Positions 37,201 to 45,880 of a DNA stretch of 64,000 bases are shown one piece after another. How positions within the stretch are numbered: position 1 is the first letter of the stretch; the number at the start of each line of letters is the position of its first letter. The position numbers and the translations under genes are program-made. Origin of the DNA: Candidatus Poseidoniales archaeon (lineage in GTDB: Archaea > Thermoplasmatota > Poseidoniia > Poseidoniales > Poseidoniaceae); NCBI GenBank assembly GCA_003602575.1, contig QQRY01000018.1, positions 21,632-85,631 of the forward strand, read 5' to 3'. The notes below the pieces were generated by a model. It ran no database searches. It saw nothing but the letters and a program-made list of their open reading frames with translations, and was not told the origin of the DNA.

Positions 37201-37381
37201 GTCAATTACGATAGAAGATGAATCAGCAGTTATTCCTGGGCTTGATGATACATCTCTTTCCACCGGAGTATTAGCAGGTGCTTTTGGAATTTTAGTGATT
37301 GCAATTATCGTAGTCAGTGTTATGTTAATTAGGAATAAAGACGATGATGGCTCTGGCGGAGATAGGTTCGGCTTTGAATGA
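34292..37381 (+). CDS. Large secreted acidic surface protein with choice-of-anchor X-like repeats and C-terminal TM
   Basis: Signal peptide; repeated M(N/R)DxGxNGDxxxxD motifs near 36355 and 37050; C-terminal TM and short tail. Confidence 0.75.
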   Translation: MSNRIMPCIMITLLMLLSPLSTSAQIPTTGEPEINALWILDDNGVNAHAYRITFADNSSFDIEIDIAHIRDGIELETYELLQWNSIESRRVVDVFVNTTLQWGDEVTITVDINAVDGVPISPVSATRVMDIGTWNQPMDDHEIMLSTVWDLDQSYDNEEGEQGFFLNFEGQGWQKREGEILNSWELGNGSFITLESTNGSTSNLSLVLESIWKNETIVGGVLTTQIFDAKGYGVLNLIDDDGETQTHILANVSDAWLNRSMIGEDVSERLRLEATGMLNISSTESNESSTNIDGEVSVFYLETWDENGVRRLQDQQFEALAELIIIDEGTRLDISLEGLTSSERWEEGIRVMQKEEFIGSGTFGFDEQDNESSIAVNGTIYDFHSLVEDGQTKIDDIHVDGDITGDVQGSFGIVRYIEETGQQLNASGVSFLVNVIHEETWFNLTGINGGNFFDGAGIGSSNNNTWDYQVVQSDWENRTVRLVWEETGPDASSGEEFPENSPVQNNASAPEAEEGLGNVSISRETGLMPIPMIPGDTVRLDGQAGLILEITTDSVSFDPRDGHNFHVVTWSGEYEGDGSGYASGAIIDQGPLKGLLSNVNRTLEIPYGEDNNTAFLNESQTLERVLSPSIVTLEENSAPVIGEVYLQQGIVIGEGGSSATLVANVTDIDWNIDTVIVDLTPIGGDIVEMNDRGLNGDQSVGDDLFSIIISVPGLETGIIELNVTASDKFGVITTASGQIEIINQAPRLTSVEILPNIGYRGAILVVNAQAYDGHGVGNVSIDLRNYGGQQISLVQTSGIWAGQIIIPQGMDPGFQDIEFILEDGLGKLGTSNVWYQDQADSQDPRGPHFISDEVTVPIEIKVLNSAPEIIVPNGLKFTRPESPSTETIEVQILDSDGISNARAQLGVFAPLGSDGGWTIMRDDGTNGDRVANDGNFTVEISLRSSTPEGTHDILIQAADQYDVVSGTIPMSITIEDESAVIPGLDDTSLSTGVLAGAFGILVIAIIVVSVMLIRNKDDDGSGGDRFGFE

Positions 37382-37399
37382 TTATTTATCAAGCGATAA

Positions 37400-37410
37400 C
37401 GGTTTATACT
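37400..37410 (+). promoter_or_regulatory. Putative TATA box of the tRNA-Gly gene
   Basis: TTTATA about 30 nt upstream of the tRNA 5' end. Confidence 0.45.
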
Positions 37411-37435
37411 CCTGTTTAATGGGCAGGTTATCTCT

Positions 37436-37510
37436 GCGAGCGTAGTGTAGTGGTTATCACCGAGCGTTGCCAACGCTTGAACCCGGGTTCGAGTCCCGGC
37501 GCTCGCACCA
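37436..37510 (+). tRNA. tRNA-Gly(GCC), CCA encoded, no intron
   Basis: Acceptor stem GCGAGCG/CGCTCGC; anticodon arm GAGCG-TTGCCAA-CGCTT; T arm CCGGG-TTCGAGT-CCCGG; ends ACCA. Confidence 0.96.
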
Positions 37511-37577
37511 AAACCGCTATTTTTCGAAATATGGCAACATTTAACGCCTTTCTCACTATGGAATGTTAGGGCTCACC

Positions 37578-37901
37578 ATGACAGAACGGCGCACAATCTA
37601 CATCGGCAAAAAACCACTCCATGCATATGTTAGAGCGGTTGTAATGGCAATGGAGGCAGGAGATAGAAATTTGCAACTTGTTGCTAGAGGGGCTACCATT
37701 GGTAGGGCTGTTGATGTTGCCGAAGTCTGCCGCAGGAGAAACGGATTCATTGCACAGGGTTTACCTGAAGAGATTGTGATTGGAGAAATTTCGTGTGGTT
37801 CTGAAGTAATTCCCTCCGACGAAGGAAGAGACCGTACAGTAAGTGTTTTGCAAATCGAACTTGATGGCATTGGAGAAATTCCTGCTAAGGAAGAAGAATA
37901 A
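37578..37901 (+). CDS. albA: DNA/RNA-binding protein Alba
   Basis: IYIGKKP..AYV, ARGATIGRAVDVAE, I.CGSE, RTVSVLQI. Confidence 0.88.
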   Translation: MTERRTIYIGKKPLHAYVRAVVMAMEAGDRNLQLVARGATIGRAVDVAEVCRRRNGFIAQGLPEEIVIGEISCGSEVIPSDEGRDRTVSVLQIELDGIGEIPAKEEE

Positions 37902-38261
37902 TCAATTCAGTAATTTCAATCTTCTTTCAATTTCTTCTGCCGTTGACTGATATACGGATAGTTCCTTTCCAACTGGGTCTTCTAATTCCCAATCCTCATC
38001 AATTCGCATGAGTGGGCAGTTTACTCCGCATCCCATTGAAATTACCATGTCATAATCATCAGCAGAGAACAAATCAACGCTTTTTGGAATCATCCCCTCA
38101 GTGGATATTCCTTTGGAGTTTAAGACCTTGACAGCATTTGGCGCTATTTTTTCTGCGGGATGTGTCCCTGCAGAATCGGCAATGTGGCCCATTGAACGGG
38201 CAATGCCTTCAGCCATTTGTGATCTACAAGAATTGCCCACACAGACAAATAGAAGTCGCAT
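37902..38261 (-). CDS. arsC: Arsenate reductase ArsC / low-molecular-weight phosphatase family
   Basis: FVCVGNSCRSQMAE, SAGT, MGCGVNCP, WELEDP. Confidence 0.85.
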   Translation of the reverse strand: MRLLFVCVGNSCRSQMAEGIARSMGHIADSAGTHPAEKIAPNAVKVLNSKGISTEGMIPKSVDLFSADDYDMVISMGCGVNCPLMRIDEDWELEDPVGKELSVYQSTAEEIERRLKLLN

Positions 38262-38345
38262 ATTTGTTGACTAATTTGGACATATATAATTTATTTCAAT
38301 TTAGAATATATGAAGACTTTTCAAACTATTCTTCTACGCACTAAT

Positions 38346-38720
38346 ATGGAGCGACATATTAGGAGGCAGGTGATTAAAGGAAGTATTGCTTATGGGGCTT
38401 TATTCTCTTTGTCATTTATCTTGCACATAATTTTCGCAGCCAAGGACTTTCATACAGGTTTTCAAATCATTGCAGCATTAATTACTTTCATGACTTTTTT
38501 TGTTGGCATTTTGATAATTTATTTTGGGAAAATTAAATCTTATAGAGTGGAGGTAAACCGTTTTGCAGCATTCATCTCGGTATTTTTAGCACTTGGTCTT
38601 GGATGGGCTTATGCAGGAATGATGATGCATTGGAGTATTATCCTATGGCCATTTAGCACAGTTTTGAGCCACATGATTGTAGAAAAATTATTTCTAGACG
38701 AACACCATGATTTGAAGTAG
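38346..38720 (+). CDS. Hypothetical membrane protein
   Basis: Four hydrophobic segments; start uncertain. Confidence 0.6.
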   Translation: MERHIRRQVIKGSIAYGALFSLSFILHIIFAAKDFHTGFQIIAALITFMTFFVGILIIYFGKIKSYRVEVNRFAAFISVFLALGLGWAYAGMMMHWSIILWPFSTVLSHMIVEKLFLDEHHDLK

Positions 38721-38740
38721 GTCTTTCTTATCATATTGAC

Positions 38741-39751
38741 ATGGCGGAACCACCGGTGTCAATTCATAATCCCAATGATGATGATTCAAGTAATCAAAGA
38801 GCGAGTCCTCAGCAGCAGAAGCAAATGGAGCAGGCATATGCCCAAATGAAAAGAAAAATGTCAATGCAAGAGATTGGACGTAAAATAAAACATAAGATTA
38901 TGGTTTTATCCGGTAAAGGGGGCGTAGGAAAGTCTACGGTTTCTACAGGATTGGCATTATCATTAGCTCAACAAGGTAACAGTGTTGGTATTTTAGACAT
39001 CGATATCACAGGTCCAAATGTTCCAAAGATGATGGGCTTAGATGGTAGAAGATTGCATGTAGAGGAAGGAAGGATTCACCCTGCACAAGGTCATTTGGGA
39101 GTTAAAGTAATCTCGATGGCTTTTTTACTGGAAGACGAAGATACCCCTGTGGTATGGAGAGGGCCGATTAAACTGGGAGCAATTCAACAGTTTATCGGAG
39201 ACGTGGAATGGGGCGAATTAGATTACTTGATTATCGATTTCCCACCAGGTACTTCAGATGAGCCTCTTACAGTAGCTCAATCATTACCCGATATCGACGG
39301 AATGGTGATAGTTACAACTCCTCAAGACGTAGCTTTACTAGACAGTAGGAAATCTATTACATTCTCAGAATCTCTTAAGGTGCCAGTGCTTGGAGTGGTT
39401 GAGAATATGAGCGGTTACACAATTAGTGGTAAGACCGCTGCTAGTTCGGAAGTAACAATCGCCGGACCAGGTGGGAAATCTCACAAGGTCTCATCAGATG
39501 CTGATGGTAATTTTAGTGTAACTTTGGATATTTTCAAAGAAGGCGGAGGAAAAGATACTGCAGAAGAGTTCGGAGTCCCATTCTTGGGGGCATTACCATT
39601 TGATCCTGGATTTGTAAGAGGTGGTGACGATGGAGTTCACCGAATTGTTAGTGAGCCTGAAGGCGAATCTGCTAAGGCATTTTCAAAGGTAGTAGAATCA
39701 ATTATTGATCAAATTGGTGAATCTTCTAGTGAAGGCCTAGAGATTATTTGA
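38741..39751 (+). CDS. mrp: Mrp/NBP35 (ApbC) family P-loop ATPase, lacking cysteines
   Basis: SGKGGVGKST, DIDITGP, VVWRGP, LDYLIIDFPPGTSD, VTTPQ, GVVENMS. Confidence 0.92.
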   Translation: MAEPPVSIHNPNDDDSSNQRASPQQQKQMEQAYAQMKRKMSMQEIGRKIKHKIMVLSGKGGVGKSTVSTGLALSLAQQGNSVGILDIDITGPNVPKMMGLDGRRLHVEEGRIHPAQGHLGVKVISMAFLLEDEDTPVVWRGPIKLGAIQQFIGDVEWGELDYLIIDFPPGTSDEPLTVAQSLPDIDGMVIVTTPQDVALLDSRKSITFSESLKVPVLGVVENMSGYTISGKTAASSEVTIAGPGGKSHKVSSDADGNFSVTLDIFKEGGGKDTAEEFGVPFLGALPFDPGFVRGGDDGVHRIVSEPEGESAKAFSKVVESIIDQIGESSSEGLEII

Positions 39752-39759
39752 GGGATAGA

Positions 39760-40113
39760 ATGTCTGAAACTATCCCTGAACTAAAACGTCTTGAGAGGAG
39801 AGACTTAGATGTTCTGTTGACATATGACGGTGGTCAAAATTTTATCGTAACCTATGATGATATCAAACATGCCTGCCCTTGTGCAAAATGTTCTCCTCAA
39901 AGGAATGATGATGAATCAAGTAAAATATTGAGAAGAGAGATTGAATCTATGCCTCCAGAGAAACCGAAAGTTAGGACTGTGGGTAAATATGCAATCGCAT
40001 TCGAATGGGTAAACGGATGTTCGAGTGGTATTTATCGCTTTGAAAGAATCTGGGCATTGGCCAATAAATTAGACCCTGATGACGGTAAATCCTATGTCCA
40101 CGGGGCTTGGTAA
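39760..40113 (+). CDS. DUF971 / GBBH-like N-terminal domain protein
   Basis: HACPCAKC, VGKYAIAFEW.NGCSSGIY pattern of DUF971. Confidence 0.8.
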   Translation: MSETIPELKRLERRDLDVLLTYDGGQNFIVTYDDIKHACPCAKCSPQRNDDESSKILRREIESMPPEKPKVRTVGKYAIAFEWVNGCSSGIYRFERIWALANKLDPDDGKSYVHGAW

Positions 40114-40195
40114 GTGTCAATATTGCGTTATTTCGATAAAAAGAAGGCGAGGGTTTGATGTATAATCATCTAACCGAAAACATGGAGGTCATAGT

Positions 40196-42274
40196 TTGGA
40201 TGGAATCTATTTGACTTGGATGATCAGTGCTCTTGCATTAGGGGTCATCCTTCTTCCAGTTTTCAAGCCTCCTTGGATGGAACTAAAACTAACTACATTT
40301 GTAGACTTCTTTAGAAGATACTGGCTGCATATTTTGATGTTATTTATGATTTATAATGCCAAAGATGGGTTAGATCAAGTAGATCGAATTCTCATGGCAA
40401 ATACTGGCTTGGACATGACTCCTTGGATTTATGCTATTGAAGGAGACCTAACTCTACATGTCCAGCAATTTTTTGAAGCAGAATGGTTGACTACATTACT
40501 CACACACTTTTACGTAGCAGGATTTATGTTCATTTGTTATGTTTCGGTATTCTATTTTGCTTATTTTGATGACCGTTGGATTTCTGATAGAGTGACCTTA
40601 ACCATTGCTTGGGTTTACATTTTTGCTATTCCATTTTATCTATTTTTCAATGTGAGGGTGACTGGAGATTATATTCCCGAGATGGATACTTTGGCTTATT
40701 CTCTAAATCCTGAAATTGCAGATTGGTTTAGAAGAATTGATCCATTTACTAATTGTATGCCTTCACTGCATATCGGAGTACCTTTTTCAGTTTGGCTCTG
40801 TCTCAAGCGTTTTGATGAAGATAACCGTTGGGCACTATACCGTAAGATTGTCTTAGCTTATACTCTATTGACATGTTTTACAATTATATATCTAGGAATA
40901 CACTGGATTCTTGATATCATTGGAGGTATGTTAGTTGCAGCAGCAGCAGTATCAATGGCGGAAAGAACTTCTCCAGTATGGTGGAAGATTTTTGATGAAA
41001 GAACAATTAATTCAAGATTGGTTACTTTGTTAACCAATCCAAAGAAAGCGATTAGAATTATTTCAAATAAGTCATCATCACTTGTCAAATCATATATTAG
41101 ACCTAAAGCCAAACAGACAGGAATTTTAGTAGTTGTTTTGATGCTAGTGGTTGTTTCAGTAATCACCTGGGATTTAACCCATCAATCACTTTCAGCCGAT
41201 GGTGCTGAAGCTCCAGAAGGGGCTTCTGCAGCCGATGGCTGGTTAGTAACATTGGATAATAGAAGCGATTATGGTGCTCTTATTTTGGTTCAGGATATTT
41301 CACAAGTTGATTCAGAAGCGATTCAAGTTGTTCAACCAATCATGGATTTGAATTCCTCATATTCGCTAACAGGCGATAACCTTGTAATGGCAAATGACAG
41401 TGTATTATTTGTTGTCAACATGAATAATCCAGAAATAATCGCATTACAATATCAAGTAGATAATCCACAACAAGTCCTCATTACCTCGACAAATGAACAG
41501 GATGTAATTTTGATTCTAGATGATAATGAATTAGAGGCAATTTCTATCACAGGTGAGAGTATACCTCTGGGAATTGATGATGATGATATACAATTTGTAT
41601 CATCTAATGGTTTAGAATTCGCTTATGTCACAATATCTCAACCGACCTCAGTAAATGTTGGTAGAATTGGGACCTTTGGTTCGATAAAATACGATATGAA
41701 TGCGACGGCTCCTGCAGAACAAGACCTTGTCCTAGAGCAATGGGGTACGCCTGTAGATATGGTAAATGCCTCAATAACGCAAATCGAATTTGATTCCTCA
41801 CACATAGTATCTACTATCAATGTCAGTTCAGTGGATAGACTCGTATTACTAGATAGAGCCTCTAATGAGCAATGGATTGTTGGAGATGGTAAATATTCAG
41901 CAATTGACCCTTCATTGTCCAATGGTATTCTAGCTTGGGCTGGTTTTGATCATCTAAATCCAACTTTACCTCTTGATGAATATCTTGATGGCGAAATTTA
42001 TTATCTAAATTTGACAACAAATTATACACAAACCTTGACATCAGATGAATTGAATCAATGGGGCCCAATCGTCTTAGATAATCATCTCGTTTTCTTTGAA
42101 GAGAGCGATGATGGAGCAATAATAAAGATTCATTCATGGGAGCCAGAACTGAAAACATATTCCAATATTATTCTACAGATTGGTACAGTATTAGGCATAA
42201 TCTTGGTATTTATCCACCTTGCTCAAAGGCAACAAGAGGCTAAGGTTGGGCGTAATTTTGACGAAGAAGAATAA
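40196..42274 (+). CDS. PAP2-superfamily (Aur1/IPC-synthase-like) membrane enzyme fused to an extracytoplasmic beta-repeat domain
   Basis: NCMPSLHIG and YLGIHWILDIIGG motifs; C-terminal region with DGEIYYLNL...LT...NQ..P.V repeat and terminal TM; TTG start. Confidence 0.78.
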   Translation: MDGIYLTWMISALALGVILLPVFKPPWMELKLTTFVDFFRRYWLHILMLFMIYNAKDGLDQVDRILMANTGLDMTPWIYAIEGDLTLHVQQFFEAEWLTTLLTHFYVAGFMFICYVSVFYFAYFDDRWISDRVTLTIAWVYIFAIPFYLFFNVRVTGDYIPEMDTLAYSLNPEIADWFRRIDPFTNCMPSLHIGVPFSVWLCLKRFDEDNRWALYRKIVLAYTLLTCFTIIYLGIHWILDIIGGMLVAAAAVSMAERTSPVWWKIFDERTINSRLVTLLTNPKKAIRIISNKSSSLVKSYIRPKAKQTGILVVVLMLVVVSVITWDLTHQSLSADGAEAPEGASAADGWLVTLDNRSDYGALILVQDISQVDSEAIQVVQPIMDLNSSYSLTGDNLVMANDSVLFVVNMNNPEIIALQYQVDNPQQVLITSTNEQDVILILDDNELEAISITGESIPLGIDDDDIQFVSSNGLEFAYVTISQPTSVNVGRIGTFGSIKYDMNATAPAEQDLVLEQWGTPVDMVNASITQIEFDSSHIVSTINVSSVDRLVLLDRASNEQWIVGDGKYSAIDPSLSNGILAWAGFDHLNPTLPLDEYLDGEIYYLNLTTNYTQTLTSDELNQWGPIVLDNHLVFFEESDDGAIIKIHSWEPELKTYSNIILQIGTVLGIILVFIHLAQRQQEAKVGRNFDEEE

Positions 42275-43405
42275 TTACTTCTTGATGCTCAACATTCTTT
42301 CTAGCGCTAATAATGAACCATCTTGAATACCTTTGGGAACCGAAATCTGATTTGGCACACTTCCCTCAACTAATTTTTCAAGCACATCCATAAGGTATGC
42401 AGGGTGAATCATGTACATAGTAGAACATGGGCATATTTTGTCATCGAGACATTCAATATTTTTGTCTGGATGTTCTTTAGCAAGTCGGGCGACCATATTG
42501 ATTTCAGTCCCAATTGCTATTGAAGTACCAGGTTTTTGCTGTTCGACAAAATTTCGAATGAATTGTGTCGAACCATTAGAATCACTTGCATCCACGGTCT
42601 CTCTAGGGCATTCTGGATGAACAATAACAATACCATCAGGATTTTCATTTCTAAATTCTTCTATTTGTTCAACTGTAAATCTCTTGTGAACAGAACAAAA
42701 TCCATGCCATAAAATCATTTTTGATTTATCTATTAAGTTCCAAGCATCTCTGTCTAAATCTTCTCCTGGCGTCCAAGTTGCCATTTGGTCAACGGTTAGC
42801 CCCATGGTAAGACCAGTATTCCGACCAAGATGTTGGTCAGGGAAAAACAAAACTTTACCATTTTTTCCAGCTCTTTCGAAAGCCCAGTTTAAAATTCCTT
42901 GAGCATTAGATGAAGTACATACAATTCCACCATGCTCGCCGACAAAAGATTTCAAGGCTGCACTTGAATTCATATAGGTTACTGGGATAAGATAACTCTC
43001 ATTTTCAGGACAAGGTGAATCCGGATTGTCTCGATTAATCGGGTCTTTTAATTCGGTATTTTCAAGAATCTCATTCCAACATTTCGTGACATCTTCTAGA
43101 TTAGCCATATCTGCCATAGAGCATCCTGCACGAAGGTTTGGAAGAATTACCGATTGATTATCATCTGTCAAAATATCTGCTGACTCAGCCATGAAGTGTA
43201 CTCCACAAAAAATAATATATTTAGCAGATGATTCTGCGGCTTTTTGGCTTAGCATAAATGAATCTCCAAGAAAGTCAGCATGCATAACTATGCTGTCTCT
43301 TTGGTAATGGTGTCCAAGAATAAGTAAGTCGTTTCCGAGCTTTTGCTTTAGTTCTGTGATTCTTTCGGAAATCATCTGTTCCTCTGGAGACAGGCTGGTA
43401 TCCAT
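42275..43405 (-). CDS. nadA: Quinolinate synthase
   Basis: LGHHYQ, GDSF, FCGVHFMAE, AGCSMAD, TYMNS, CTSSNA, PDQHLG, GFCSVH, VHPEC, CPCSTM. Confidence 0.95.
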   Translation of the reverse strand: MDTSLSPEEQMISERITELKQKLGNDLLILGHHYQRDSIVMHADFLGDSFMLSQKAAESSAKYIIFCGVHFMAESADILTDDNQSVILPNLRAGCSMADMANLEDVTKCWNEILENTELKDPINRDNPDSPCPENESYLIPVTYMNSSAALKSFVGEHGGIVCTSSNAQGILNWAFERAGKNGKVLFFPDQHLGRNTGLTMGLTVDQMATWTPGEDLDRDAWNLIDKSKMILWHGFCSVHKRFTVEQIEEFRNENPDGIVIVHPECPRETVDASDSNGSTQFIRNFVEQQKPGTSIAIGTEINMVARLAKEHPDKNIECLDDKICPCSTMYMIHPAYLMDVLEKLVEGSVPNQISVPKGIQDGSLLALERMLSIKK

Positions 43406-43525
43406 GAAATCAATAGAACACATTGGTAGTGAAATCGTCATTGCTTTCAATAAGTCCAACAAGTAATCCTTTTTCAATGGTTGTGAATAGGTGATTTTGA
43501 TAAACTAATGCCCCAAGGGTGTGTT

Positions 43526-44209
43526 ATGGTCTTCCAACCCGGCGAGCGTCTTCACCTCGGAGCAGAGGCTGAGGTCTGGTCAGGATTATGGATGGGCCGT
43601 AAAGCAGTTAGGAAAATTCGAAGAAAAAGAGGATGGCGTCATGCCAATTTAGAGAAAAGACTTGGATTTAGGCGATTATTAAGCGAGGCTCGATTACTGA
43701 TACGAGCTCGAAGAGTTGGACTTGAAGTTCCAGCGATCTGGGATGTAGATTTAGATGGTGGTACTTTGGTAATGGAAATGTTACCAGGAAAACCGTTGAT
43801 CGAGGTTCTAAGAGATGAGAATATAACTCTGGAACAAATCACTAGTTGTTTATACAATTCAGGCGCTTTAGTACGTAGATTACATCGTCTAGCAATTACT
43901 CATGGCGACTTATCTACTAACAATATCTTAGTAGATGAAGATTTCAATGCATATCTCGTGGACTTTGGATTGGCATCCATTGATTATGAAATTGAAAGAT
44001 TTGGGATTGATTTACATGTAATCGATGAAATACTTGGGGCGTCTCATCCATCAATTGAAGGAGCTATTGATATATTTCTAAAGGGATATCTCGATGAAGA
44101 ATCTAAATTAGGGCCCGCTAAGGACCAGTCCGGAGGAGTCGTTCCTACAGCCGCTTCGGTAATGAAAAGACTAGAACAGGTACGTTCTAGAGTCAGGTAT
44201 CATGGTTAA
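43526..44209 (+). CDS. bud32: KEOPS kinase/ATPase Bud32
   Basis: GAEA, EARLL, HGDLSTNN, DFGL, IDLHV, C-terminal RVRY; start at 43508 or 43526. Confidence 0.9.
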   Translation: MVFQPGERLHLGAEAEVWSGLWMGRKAVRKIRRKRGWRHANLEKRLGFRRLLSEARLLIRARRVGLEVPAIWDVDLDGGTLVMEMLPGKPLIEVLRDENITLEQITSCLYNSGALVRRLHRLAITHGDLSTNNILVDEDFNAYLVDFGLASIDYEIERFGIDLHVIDEILGASHPSIEGAIDIFLKGYLDEESKLGPAKDQSGGVVPTAASVMKRLEQVRSRVRYHG

Positions 44210-44631
44210 CTTTCCGTTACAACCAATCTCAATTCTTCTAAACTACGTAGTTCAGCAAGATATATTTGTTCAATTGAGTCATAGAGGTCTTGCTCATCCG
44301 TTTTTTCGATTAATTCTAAAAGTTGAGCATAAACTTCTGCGGCCTTAGCCTCTGTCTCCAAGGAAAAATTTAGAGTTTCAATATAGTTTGTTGTGTGGAC
44401 GATAGGGTGGCTATTTCGCTCTGTGACTGGAACTCCTCCTAGTTGAACAATCGCTTTACGGACAATGTCGGCATGTGTAATAGATTCCGTCATTTCAGTA
44501 TTGAAAAGAGGAGATAGTTGAAGGCGATGAATACCTCTTATATTTGCGGAGTAATGCGCATACATATTGATAGCGCGAAGTTCCCATCCGAGTGCTAAGT
44601 TCATTTTTTCAATTATATTTTGATTGGACAT
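44206..44631 (-). CDS. Ferritin-like domain protein (bacterioferritin/Dps-like)
   Basis: ELRAINMY, ESITHA, LGGVP, ETEAKAAEVY, E..S four-helix bundle pattern. Confidence 0.75.
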   Translation of the reverse strand: MSNQNIIEKMNLALGWELRAINMYAHYSANIRGIHRLQLSPLFNTEMTESITHADIVRKAIVQLGGVPVTERNSHPIVHTTNYIETLNFSLETEAKAAEVYAQLLELIEKTDEQDLYDSIEQIYLAELRSLEELRLVVTES

Positions 44632-44721
44632 TATATCATCTCTCTTAGGGCATACGAAAACAATTAAGGGTATATGGGCCCTAAAATTCCATCTCATATC
44701 CACTACTTAAGTGATGGTATT

Positions 44722-45108
44722 TCAAACTAGGAATTTATCTCCAAGTAACCAACCACTCCATGCTAGAATCGGACATAAACTAAACGTGAGCATAACATAA
44801 ATTGCAGCATTTGAAGTATTTCCATTTTGTAGTAGTTCAATTGTGTCCATCGAAAATGCAGACATAGTAGTAAATGCTCCAATCATACCGGTTCCTAGAA
44901 ATAATGCTAATTCGGAGGAAATAATATTTTGAGAGGTACTTAGAGCAATTATTCCCAGTAGAAAAGAGCCCACTAAATTAACTGTAATTGTTGCTATCGG
45001 AAATGTTTCATACGAAATCCAATTTCCGATGATATATCTTAATCCCGCTCCAATCGCACCTCCTAATGCAACAAGGCCTATCTGTTGGAGCATAAATTGT
45101 GCTGGCAT
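44722..45108 (-). CDS. crcB: Fluoride channel Fluc/CrcB
   Basis: GGAIGAGLRY, FPIATITVNLVGSF, GMIGAFTTMSAF. Confidence 0.92.
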   Translation of the reverse strand: MPAQFMLQQIGLVALGGAIGAGLRYIIGNWISYETFPIATITVNLVGSFLLGIIALSTSQNIISSELALFLGTGMIGAFTTMSAFSMDTIELLQNGNTSNAAIYVMLTFSLCPILAWSGWLLGDKFLV

Positions 45109-45196
45109 ATTAGTCACTTCAAGTTTATGTAGAAATATACTAAAAAATTCATTTTTTAGCAATAGACATGAAAATACGAACCGATTGGGAGAGTAC

Positions 45197-45862
45197 ATGG
45201 GCCGTAAAATCTGGTTTCTAACAGGAAATATTGGAAAAGTCGAAGAAGCTAGAGAACACCTTACTCCATTGGGTTATGAAGTGAGCCAATTGATAGTTCC
45301 AAAAGATGCCATCATTGAACCACAATCAGACAGTATTACGGATGTAGCGATGGCAAAAATTGAACAGGCTAAATCCCATCTACCTTCAGGAGACAACTCC
45401 AAGGATATGTTAATGATTGAAGATGCTGGGTTATTCATTGATTCATTATCAGGTTTTCCCGGTGTTTACTCATCTTATGTTCATCAAACTATAGGTTGTG
45501 AAGGAATAATAAAATTACTATCACACTTAACAACTGAAGATAGCGTTAGGCTGGCCAGTTTAAGGTCCGCAGAATTTAGAGCAGTGACGGTCTTATGGGA
45601 CGATGGAGAAGTCTATGTTGGAAACGGCAAATGCCCAGGATATATTTCCACAAGCATAGTCGAAGGAAATGGATTTGGTTATGATCCAATTTTTGTTCCA
45701 TATGATTTAGATTCTGCTGGCGATTCTCTCTCAGCTGGGGAATATGGCGAAGTTAGTACCCATGGTTCACCTTTTGGAGGAGTTGAGATAACTACCAAGA
45801 AAAAGTTTAGTCACAGGAGTAGGGCATTAAACGACTTGTTTAACCAATTGCCATCAGCATGA
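45197..45862 (+). CDS. rdgB: Non-canonical purine NTP pyrophosphatase (RdgB/HAM1)
   Basis: TGNIGK, EDAGL, GFPGVYS, GFGYDPIF, K.FSHR. Confidence 0.92.
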   Translation: MGRKIWFLTGNIGKVEEAREHLTPLGYEVSQLIVPKDAIIEPQSDSITDVAMAKIEQAKSHLPSGDNSKDMLMIEDAGLFIDSLSGFPGVYSSYVHQTIGCEGIIKLLSHLTTEDSVRLASLRSAEFRAVTVLWDDGEVYVGNGKCPGYISTSIVEGNGFGYDPIFVPYDLDSAGDSLSAGEYGEVSTHGSPFGGVEITTKKKFSHRSRALNDLFNQLPSA

Positions 45863-45880
45863 TAAGTTAGAAGAAGTTGC

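Noticed and set aside
37436..38720. Integrated element at tRNA-Gly
   Set aside because: No integrase, I saw no duplicated tRNA 3' end, and the flanking genes (alba, arsC, mrp) are housekeeping-like.
37902..38720. Arsenic resistance operon
   Set aside because: Only a lone ArsC/LMW-phosphatase gene; no arsR, acr3 or arsB nearby.
45109..45196. Fluoride riboswitch upstream of crcB
   Set aside because: No GGxGATGGxGTTCxCC...GCTxATGAC-like consensus on the minus strand; the spacer is short and AT-rich.
45029..45198. Apparent head-to-head overlap of the crcB and rdgB ORFs
   Set aside because: Artefact of longest-ORF calling; family homology begins at 45108 (-) and 45197 (+).
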